Shown here one piece after another: positions 1 to 7,581 of a stretch of 64,000 bases of DNA. The position numbers and the translations under genes were made by a program. Origin of the DNA: Fibrobacteria bacterium (lineage in GTDB: Bacteria > Fibrobacterota > Fibrobacteria > UBA11236 > JADFYW01); assembly GCA_050294405.1 (NCBI GenBank), contig JBNKOC010000016.1, forward strand, positions 160,001 to 224,000, given 5' to 3'. The notes below the pieces were generated by a model, which was not told where the DNA came from, made no database searches, and saw nothing but the letters and a program-made list of their open reading frames with translations. Numbering within the stretch: the first letter of the stretch is position 1; each line of letters starts with the position of its first letter.

Positions 1-506
1 TTGCTGTACCCTAATTTGATTCCCGCCAAAAAATTTTTGAAAAAGAGTTTTAACTGCCCTCCCCATTCATGTCGTTTTTCCTTTTGACTGGCTCCGGAAA
101 TAGCATCTAAGGATAAGCTATTGGGAGATTCTAGGCCACTATAATAAATGTTTTCAGAGTTACCAGTAACCCATCTAATAGATGCTGAACTAAAGGCATC
201 AACATCAATGCTATCGTTGGGGGAATATGGTTCAGTTGGAAGGGTTTTTGGGTTAAAGGGTTTTCGAGAGGCCGCAGTAATAGCATCCAGGGTGTAATGT
301 GCTCCAAGTTCTAGTCTAGAGTTTATTTTTTTTGTGAGATTTATGTAAGGCTGGTTTACGCTTAGTTTGTTATTGTCCTGGTAACTTTGGTAATAAAATT
401 GAAGGCTGTTTTTTGGGGCTTCCCCATGTAAAGTTAAAATTGCGGTGGAAGCCAGTAGTAACCACTTAGTTTTGCCCCATAGATCGGCTTTTTTTAACTT
501 TTTCAT
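1..506 (-). CDS. DUF3570-like outer-membrane beta-barrel protein, N-terminal part (runs off the window edge)
   Basis: Not in the ORF track; translated by hand from ATG at 506: MKKLKKADLWGKTKWLLLASTAILTLHGEAPKNSLQFYYQSYQDNNKLSVNQP...HYTLDAITAASRKP...DVDAFSSAS...LDAISGASQKEKRHE...GYS, open to position 1. Signal-like N-terminus; the Y-x-D-N, D-AI-(S/T)-x-AS and E-x-R pattern resembles DUF3570. Starts 2 nt after the upstream cytochrome stop. Confidence 0.75.
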   Translation of the reverse strand, partial: MKKLKKADLWGKTKWLLLASTAILTLHGEAPKNSLQFYYQSYQDNNKLSVNQPYINLTKKINSRLELGAHYTLDAITAASRKPFNPKTLPTEPYSPNDSIDVDAFSSASIRWVTGNSENIYYSGLESPNSLSLDAISGASQKEKRHEWGGQLKLFFKNFLAGIKLGYS

Positions 507-508
507 AA

Positions 509-1708
509 TCAGGGTGGTGTAAGTGACATATGTTCTGGGTACCAAGGCGTTTCGTAAAAAGTTTTGGTATGGCAGGATCCGTTGTTATATACTCCAGAAC
601 TCCAACATGTTTTTTTTATGGGGTTCCAGGCGCCAAGGGTTTGGTAAATTAATCTGGTGGTGTCACCACTTATGTTATCTGTGTCTGCGCTTACCAGTCT
701 TTGTTTGTAATAAGTATGCTCCATGTTGTAAAATTCAATATCCAACTTGCCGTTCCCATGCAGGGAGCTTGTGGTTGTTAATTGTAAATTGTCATAATCC
801 AGGGAGGAATCTTTTTCCAAAGTGTATAGGGTATCCTCTTTTATCTGGGAAAGCGTTCCATTGTTGCTTAATAAGAAAAAACGTCCCTTACCTTTAATAA
901 AGGTGCTGAATTCCTCCAAGATATCTTCTGGGTAGTCGTCAAATGGGGGCTCCACGACAGATTTTAGGTTGTAATTGATTATGTACTTTTGATCAAAGGC
1001 CGGGACCCTGGCGACAAATTTTTGGTTGTCCTCGTACAATGTATAGTCTACTTTGGGAATGATGGCTATAAAATGGTTAACAGGCCCTATTTCTCGGGTA
1101 TAAATCTCTTTTCCTTTTAATTTAAAACCGCATGTATTATAAAAAACAGGGTTCAAATAAATCAAACTGTCAGCGCTATTAACGCTATCAAGAGGGTGGT
1201 GTTCGAATCCCGAATCTGACCAAACTATTTTGTCTAAGGGGCCAATAGTATAACCCGTAAAAGTCAGGCTATCTAAGTTACCAACATACAAGCTGTCGTT
1301 GGAAATTCTGGCCTCGCACAAATTGTATTCTCTTTCCTGAAAAATAACCCTGTCTAAATATAAACTGTCTCCAGATACCTTTAATTTTTGGTATCCCCCT
1401 AAATTACGAGGATAGTTTCTCTTGAACTCATGTATCCATGGCATTTTTATAATGGAACCTCCATGGCAATCCTTACAGGAGATTTGGTAGGAGGCGGATT
1501 GCTCAAATAAGTGGAAGTTGTGCATACCAGAGTTTGGAGGGGATAGGTGGCAGCTTTGACAACTTGCTTGTTCAACTTGGAACCCAGAATCATTACTGAC
1601 ATTTTGGCAGCCACTCTGCAAAAATGAGAAAATAAGAAGACCTGTTAAAGGAAGGGGCATTCTTTTGAAACGAAAAAAGGTTGGACAAAACTCCCAATTT
1701 CGAGACAT
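509..1708 (-). CDS. c-type cytochrome lipoprotein (2 CxxCH plus one atypical C-terminal heme motif)
   Basis: ATG at 1708 behind AAGGAGGGG; lipobox-like LQSGC; CQSCH and CKDCH; C-terminal HGNGKLDIEF and TCWSSGVYNNGSCH resemble the Geobacter-type CxxxxCH repeat. Confidence 0.7.
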   Translation of the reverse strand: MSRNWEFCPTFFRFKRMPLPLTGLLIFSFLQSGCQNVSNDSGFQVEQASCQSCHLSPPNSGMHNFHLFEQSASYQISCKDCHGGSIIKMPWIHEFKRNYPRNLGGYQKLKVSGDSLYLDRVIFQEREYNLCEARISNDSLYVGNLDSLTFTGYTIGPLDKIVWSDSGFEHHPLDSVNSADSLIYLNPVFYNTCGFKLKGKEIYTREIGPVNHFIAIIPKVDYTLYEDNQKFVARVPAFDQKYIINYNLKSVVEPPFDDYPEDILEEFSTFIKGKGRFFLLSNNGTLSQIKEDTLYTLEKDSSLDYDNLQLTTTSSLHGNGKLDIEFYNMEHTYYKQRLVSADTDNISGDTTRLIYQTLGAWNPIKKTCWSSGVYNNGSCHTKTFYETPWYPEHMSLTPP

Positions 1709-1924
1709 TTGAATCCCCTCCTTCATTTTTATCAGGCTTCCCTTTAAATCTAAAGCCAAACATAAATATCAAAGCAAAATTTACGCCCAATCATTACGCC
1801 ATAAAAGGGGGTGCTTTATCTCATAAACCTTTTATTGAAACACAATTTAAACAAAGCTTTAATCATTAATAAACATCTCGGATTTAGCTTTTGGAAAAAT
1901 TTAAGCTATAAGAGGAGATATACT

Positions 1925-4654
1925 ATGCCATATTATCTATGGGTTCTTTTGTTTTCAATCACGTCGTCATTTGCTATGCAAATGACTATTGTTCCCAAGG
2001 CATCTATAAAATTAGGTGCTTTTGACGAGGGGGCTGCTGAAATTTCTGCTTTTGATCCCTTGGAGAAAAAAATATTTGTAACTAACGCGGAAAAAAATGG
2101 CATTGATGTCATTAGCCTTAATGAAGACTTATCTCTTTCCCATGATTTCTATATTGATTGCAGCCCCTATGGTGGAGGCATTAACAGCGTAGCTTTTAAA
2201 AACAATATGTTGGTAGCCGCTATCGAGGCTAATGTAAAACAGGATCCAGGGCTGATTGTTGTTTTTGATGGAAATGGAAATTACCTGAAGGAATTTGAGG
2301 CCGGAGCCCTTCCCGATATGGTTACTTTTTCCCCCAATGGAAAGTACATTTTATCTGCAAATGAGGGGGAGCCCAATGATTCTTACACTGTGGATCCTGA
2401 AGGCAGCGTCACTATTGTAAATATTTCTGCCGGGTTGCATAAGGCAAAGGCCCGTCAGGTTTCTTTTGGCCGCTTTAACAAATATAAAAAATGGCTATTG
2501 CATAAAGGTGTTCGTATTTATGGCCCTGGTGCTTCCGTGGCGCAGGATTTAGAGCCAGAGTACATAACAGTCGATGCGAATAATCGTTTTGCCTATGTCT
2601 CTTTACAAGAGAATAATGCACTTGCCGTAATTGATATTAAGCATGGCTATTGTATCCGTATTTTGCCTTTAGGTTTAAAGGACTTTTCCGAGCCTGGTTA
2701 CGGTCTGGATGCAAGTGATAAGGATGACAAAATTAACATTAATAATTGGCCCGTTTATGGAATGTATATGCCTGACGCTATTAGCTCTTATAATTTTAAA
2801 GGCAGAACATTTATTGTGACCGCCAATGAAGGTGACTCCCGTGATTACGATGGGTACAGTGAAGAACTCAGAGTTAAGGATTTAGAATTAGATCCTGCTA
2901 TTTTTGGGGATGTGAGCGAGTTACAATCAAATGAAAATCTGGGAAGATTAAAAACAACTTCTGCGTTAAATAAATTTAATGATCAAAATCAGGTTCAAAA
3001 AATATTGAGTTATGGAGCAAGGTCTTTTAGCATTTTTACCCACTACGGAAAAAAAGTGTATGATAGCGGAGATGACTTTGAGAAAATTACTTCCAGTGTG
3101 TATGTAAATGATTTTAATTCAACGAATGATGAAAATGGTTCTTTTGATGGCCGCAGTGACGATAAGGGCCCTGAACCCGAAGCGCTTGTCCTTGGTGAAA
3201 TAAATGGCAAAACTATTGCCTTTATTGGGCTAGAAAGAATTGGTGGAATAATGGCTTACGACATTACCAATCCCAGAAAAGTGAAATTTTTAAATTATGT
3301 TAATAATCGCAATTTTAATGTAGAAGCAGAATCTGAGGAAGCTGGGGATTTGGGTGTAGAGGGTTTGGTTTTTGTTAATGCCTCACAAAGCCCTAGTCAC
3401 AAACCTTTGCTGATATCTTCAAACGAAATCAGTGGAACAATTTCTGTATTTGAAATTGGAGAATTGGGAGTTCAGGAACCTGTAACACTTGACCGAAAGG
3501 AGTTGTTGAACCATGAGGGAGTTCAGATTTATCATGGGGGATTAGGTTCTGGAATGGCTGCACATCCATATTTGGCTGGATATTTTTATTTGATGACAGA
3601 TAGAGGCCCCAATGTAAATGGGGTTAAGGAAAATGGGAATAGTGTAAAAATATTTCCAGTTCCTGAATTTACCCCTGAAATCGGATTATTCAGGCTTAAC
3701 GGCAATAGAATGGTTAAAACATCTTCATTACCCATTAAAAATCCAGAGGGCTATAATATTACCGGGCTTCCAAATCCAATCGGCACAGGTTCTACAGGAG
3801 AAATAGCCAAAGATTTGGATGGAAATTATTTAGGAGAGGATGTTTATGGCTTAGATCCGGAAGGATTGGTTGCTTCCAAAGATGGAAGTTTTTGGCTAAG
3901 TGACGAATATGGCCCCCATATTGTCCATTTGGATGCAGAGGGAAAAACAATCGAGCGCATTAACCCCTATGGAACAGGTGAGGGGGGACGTAAACTTCCT
4001 TCCGTTTTAAAAAGGCGTCGTGCCAATAGGGGTATGGAGGGATTAACGCAAACTCCATCTGGAAAATTGGTCGGCATTATGCAGTCCAGTTTGGACAACC
4101 CCAGCAGCGCTGTTCGGTCAACATCAGCTATAACAAGAATATTATGGTTAGACCCTGTTTCCGGCAAAAGTAAGCAATTCCTATATATGCAGGATGCTCC
4201 AGGTTTATCCAATAGTGAAATTAGGAGTTTGGGAGAATCTAAATTTGTGGTTTTGGAGCGGGATGGAGGTTTTCCTTCCGATGGTTCAAATTACAAAGAG
4301 TTTTATATAATTGATATGGAAAAAGCAACAGATGTTAGCGATATTTCGGATTCAGAAGATGGTCTGATGATTGGGGGAAAAACTCTGGAAGAATGCAGTC
4401 TGGAAGAAATAAAAGCTGCTGGGATTGTTCCCGTGAAAAAGAAATTATTGTTCAGTGCGCTAAACGGCATGGAGGGTTACTCCCATGATAAACCTGAAGG
4501 CTTTGAGTATTATCCTGAATCAGGGTTATTGGCCATAATAAATGATGATGACTTTGGAATTTTGGGAGATAATTCAGGAGGAATAGTTCCAAAAGTTTTA
4601 CCACTCACAAACGAAGTAGATAGAAATATTATGTATTTCGTAAATGTTAAATAA
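1925..4654 (+). CDS. secreted choice-of-anchor I (alkaline phosphatase-like) domain fused to an esterase-like/phytase-like domain
   Basis: ATG at 1925 behind GAGGAG, signal peptide. N-domain motifs AEISAFD, GALPDMVTF, ANEGEP, DPEGSV, DLEPEYI, RSDDKGPEPE, GLERIGG, NEISGT. C-domain motifs TDRGPN, LDPEGL, SDEYGP, NRGMEG, HDKPEG, INDDDFG. Confidence 0.8.
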   Translation: MPYYLWVLLFSITSSFAMQMTIVPKASIKLGAFDEGAAEISAFDPLEKKIFVTNAEKNGIDVISLNEDLSLSHDFYIDCSPYGGGINSVAFKNNMLVAAIEANVKQDPGLIVVFDGNGNYLKEFEAGALPDMVTFSPNGKYILSANEGEPNDSYTVDPEGSVTIVNISAGLHKAKARQVSFGRFNKYKKWLLHKGVRIYGPGASVAQDLEPEYITVDANNRFAYVSLQENNALAVIDIKHGYCIRILPLGLKDFSEPGYGLDASDKDDKININNWPVYGMYMPDAISSYNFKGRTFIVTANEGDSRDYDGYSEELRVKDLELDPAIFGDVSELQSNENLGRLKTTSALNKFNDQNQVQKILSYGARSFSIFTHYGKKVYDSGDDFEKITSSVYVNDFNSTNDENGSFDGRSDDKGPEPEALVLGEINGKTIAFIGLERIGGIMAYDITNPRKVKFLNYVNNRNFNVEAESEEAGDLGVEGLVFVNASQSPSHKPLLISSNEISGTISVFEIGELGVQEPVTLDRKELLNHEGVQIYHGGLGSGMAAHPYLAGYFYLMTDRGPNVNGVKENGNSVKIFPVPEFTPEIGLFRLNGNRMVKTSSLPIKNPEGYNITGLPNPIGTGSTGEIAKDLDGNYLGEDVYGLDPEGLVASKDGSFWLSDEYGPHIVHLDAEGKTIERINPYGTGEGGRKLPSVLKRRRANRGMEGLTQTPSGKLVGIMQSSLDNPSSAVRSTSAITRILWLDPVSGKSKQFLYMQDAPGLSNSEIRSLGESKFVVLERDGGFPSDGSNYKEFYIIDMEKATDVSDISDSEDGLMIGGKTLEECSLEEIKAAGIVPVKKKLLFSALNGMEGYSHDKPEGFEYYPESGLLAIINDDDFGILGDNSGGIVPKVLPLTNEVDRNIMYFVNVK

Positions 4655-4657
4655 GCT

Positions 4658-5548
4658 TTAAGACACGGGGGAGAGGTATATATCTTTCCCCTTTGGTATG
4701 GCCCCTTGAATGGCGCATATTTTTGCGGCGAATTTTGAACAGCTATCCAATGTATTATGCAAACTTAAGCCGGATATTTTTCCATTAACATAAGCTGCTG
4801 AAAAGGCGTCACCAGCACCGATTGTATCAGCCAGCTGGGATTCCGGAGATAAAATTTCCCCAGGGACAATTTTGTGGAATTCACCTTTATGGTCAAGTGC
4901 AATAGCCCCTTTTTCGCCCATAGTGCAAATAATATTGCGCAGATTAAACTCGTTCAAAATGTTTTTTAAATTTTCTTCGTTAGAAGAGGCTGTGCAAAAG
5001 TAATCGGCTAGTATAAGCAGTTCTTTCTCATTCACTTTAAGATCTGTTGTATTTTTGAGACAAAACTCCAGGCTATCTTTGTGATAAAAGGGAGGTCTTA
5101 AATTTATATCGCAAAATACATTTGCGCCGGGATGTTTTTTGCGAATCGAGCTTAGAAGGGTATGATTTTCTGGAAAAAACATGCATAAGCTGCCAAAATA
5201 AATCCAACTGACGTTCTCTGTATTTTTTATTTGCAAGTTGGGGCTGATATTTTTCCACGCCGCCTTGGGGTCAATTTCAAAATGGTTGTCGCCATCTTTA
5301 AATCGGACTCTGGCTGTGCCAGTGGGGGCTTCTGAAGAAACATAAATTTCGGATTTTAAATTTTCATCTTCAATAAACTTTTGGATTTCCCCGCCATGCT
5401 GATCATTCCCTAAAGCTGTAATAAAATAGCTGTTGTTGCCAAATCGTTTTAAATGAACGGCCACATTTAAGGCCGCTCCTCCAATTTTGTTTCCTTCCGG
5501 GAGAATGTCCATGATGCATTCTCCAATACAAAGAATGTTTTCACTCAC
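4658..5548 (-). CDS. PfkB-family carbohydrate kinase (fructokinase-like)
   Basis: GGAALNVAVHL, DINLRP, KVNEKEL and DTIGAGDAF PfkB signatures. Probable GTG start at 5548, just after the upstream stop at 5559; the ORF-track start at 5635 overlaps that gene. Confidence 0.85.
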   Translation of the reverse strand: MSENILCIGECIMDILPEGNKIGGAALNVAVHLKRFGNNSYFITALGNDQHGGEIQKFIEDENLKSEIYVSSEAPTGTARVRFKDGDNHFEIDPKAAWKNISPNLQIKNTENVSWIYFGSLCMFFPENHTLLSSIRKKHPGANVFCDINLRPPFYHKDSLEFCLKNTTDLKVNEKELLILADYFCTASSNEENLKNILNEFNLRNIICTMGEKGAIALDHKGEFHKIVPGEILSPESQLADTIGAGDAFSAAYVNGKISGLSLHNTLDSCSKFAAKICAIQGAIPKGKDIYLSPVS

Positions 5549-5558
5549 TTTTGAAACC

Positions 5559-6848
5559 CTAACTATATATGCTTTTGGGTTTTTGAAATTTTGACTTGTA
5601 TTCAAAATCAAAAGTCTCGCAGCTGAGTTCGGCAATTTTTTCCCAGGAAAAATGATTGGAAGCGTATACGGCGCATATTTTCCTCAAACTATCACTTTGT
5701 TTTTCATTTTGAATAACATTGGCTAATGCCTCGCCGTAGGCTCTTGGGTTTTCTGGGTTTTCAACAAGGAAGGCAAGATCCTTATTTAAAAACTGCTTAA
5801 GGCCGCCTTTTTCTGTTATAACAGCGGGAGTTCCTGAAGCCATGCTTTCCACAGCCGTCATTCCAAAGGGTTCGTATCTTGATGAAAGTGCGAAAACACC
5901 GGCTGAACCGTAATAAAGGGGGAGGTCGTTATCTGATACATAGCCTCTCCATACAATATTCTGGGACACTCCCAGTTTATCTGACATTTGTTTGAGCTCA
6001 TTGATTTTCTTTTCGTCTCTTTTTGAATTTTTCCCACCGAAACAAGCTAGCAGCCTGATTTCCGGGTTAACTTTTAATGCATATGGTAAGCTCTTTATTA
6101 ATAAATCATAGCCCTTGTTATAAGCCATTCGACCTATGGCTAAAATATCAGTTGAACGTATATCATTTTCTTCCTGAAATTTTTTAATGGTTTTTTCGGT
6201 ACGAGGGTAAAAACGGCATACATCATAACCAGCAGGGACAACAGAAATTTTTTGGATGGGAACAGAGTACACTTCAGCCATAATGTCTCTTTGTTCGTTC
6301 GAAGTGGCGATTAAGGACTGACATCTGTTATACATCCAGGTTTCTTTTTGAATTCTTTCATGAAAACGGTATTTCTGTTCGCTTCCCTTGTTTAACTTTC
6401 TCTTAAGCCAGCCAGTGGAGTGAGGGACATGAACATGGGGAATGCCCAATTTTTCAGCAATAACCTGAGTCGCCCAGCCAGCATCCCAATAGTGGGAATA
6501 AGCTAAATCGTATTCAATTCCCTTTGCATCTACTTCTTTTAAAAAATTATTCACAAATTGGTGGATAACATCGTGTTGATCTTCTTTCCTTATGAATTTT
6601 GGGCCTCCATAAGGAATTCTCCAAAGTTTGATTCCATAATTACTGTATTCAATTTCAGGCTGGTTTTCGAATCTTCTGGTAATTAAATCCACCTGGTAGC
6701 CCATTTCGGCGAGCTGTTTGGCCATTTCCAGAACGTATACCACTTGACCCCCGGTATCGGGTCTTCCTAATTGTGGTTGGAGGGCTACATATCCATGAAG
6801 TGAGCTTATTAAAATTCTCTTTCCGTTTGGGTCGTTCCAGGTCATCAA
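5559..6848 (-). CDS. mfpsA: GT4 glycosyltransferase, mannosylfructose-phosphate synthase / sucrose-phosphate synthase family
   Basis: SLHGYV, DTGGQVVYVLE, SHYWDAG, HVPHS, GRMAYNKGYDLLI, SSRYEPFGMTAVESMASGTP. Single GT domain of ~430 aa; the HGYV and GRxAxNKGYDLLI variants match Agrobacterium MfpsA as I recall it better than cyanobacterial SPS. Confidence 0.7.
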   Translation of the reverse strand: MMTWNDPNGKRILISSLHGYVALQPQLGRPDTGGQVVYVLEMAKQLAEMGYQVDLITRRFENQPEIEYSNYGIKLWRIPYGGPKFIRKEDQHDVIHQFVNNFLKEVDAKGIEYDLAYSHYWDAGWATQVIAEKLGIPHVHVPHSTGWLKRKLNKGSEQKYRFHERIQKETWMYNRCQSLIATSNEQRDIMAEVYSVPIQKISVVPAGYDVCRFYPRTEKTIKKFQEENDIRSTDILAIGRMAYNKGYDLLIKSLPYALKVNPEIRLLACFGGKNSKRDEKKINELKQMSDKLGVSQNIVWRGYVSDNDLPLYYGSAGVFALSSRYEPFGMTAVESMASGTPAVITEKGGLKQFLNKDLAFLVENPENPRAYGEALANVIQNEKQSDSLRKICAVYASNHFSWEKIAELSCETFDFEYKSKFQKPKSIYS

Positions 6849-7064
6849 TGGCTCCTTGTTTTTTAGATAATCTATTTTTTATTAGACACTAATTATATCA
6901 TTAAAAAGATATATTTTATACTATAAAATAATAAGATAATTTCATAAATCTGTCAAAAAAAGAAAAAAATGGCCATAATTCTTTATGTTTTTTATTTTCG
7001 ATTAATTATTTGCTTATTAAGGAGGAGGATAAAAATAATTTTATAAGAATTTTTATCAATAAAA

Positions 7065-7081
7065 TGATATATAATATATCA
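7065..7081. promoter_or_regulatory. perfect inverted repeat TGATATAT-A-ATATATCA, candidate operator
   Basis: 8-bp arms in the divergent mfpsA/merR intergenic region. The region is AT-rich, so a chance match is possible. Confidence 0.4.
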
Positions 7082-7158
7082 AAATAAAAGTAGGTTTTGT
7101 CATTTATTGAAGAGGAGTTAATTGTCATTTGGGAAATATTTGCTTATCATTTGAGCCC

Positions 7159-7581
7159 ATGAGTTGGAAAATTAATGAAGAAAAACCGCTGTTTACCATT
7201 GGTGCTGTTGCGGATATTTTGGGGATAAAACACCGAATGCTACGCCTTTATGAAGAAAATGGTTTGCTGCTTCCAAATCGAAGCCAAACCAATAGAAGGC
7301 AATATTCTCTAAAGGACATAGCTCATATAGCCTATTTAAATTACCTCAACAGTGTTAAAAAGGTGAACCTGTCTGGCCTGGTAGAAATCCAAAAAATTCT
7401 CGGAAAAATGACTGAAGAACAAACCGCCCAGTTTATGGATGAAATTGAAAAGGAAATTCAAAATCTTCCGAAGGAAGAAAAGAAGCGTTTTGTAGATCCC
7501 AGTGATGTTGATTTTGAAAAAGCAAAAACTGAATTTGAGGGCCTTCAAACAAGACCCTCAAAAAATAATCCGGAACATTAA
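7159..7581 (+). CDS. MerR-family (HspR-like) transcriptional regulator
   Basis: PLFTIGAVADILGIKHRMLRLYEENGLLLPNRSQTNRRQYS is a MerR HTH; VNLSGL follows as in HspR-like proteins. ATG at 7159 preferred over TTG at 7129. Confidence 0.85.
   Translation: MSWKINEEKPLFTIGAVADILGIKHRMLRLYEENGLLLPNRSQTNRRQYSLKDIAHIAYLNYLNSVKKVNLSGLVEIQKILGKMTEEQTAQFMDEIEKEIQNLPKEEKKRFVDPSDVDFEKAKTEFEGLQTRPSKNNPEH

Noticed and set aside
1845..1876. Pho-box-like TTAAACA/TTAATCA/ATAAACA repeats upstream of the phosphatase fusion
   Set aside because: Spacing is 12 then 10 rather than 11, in very AT-rich DNA.
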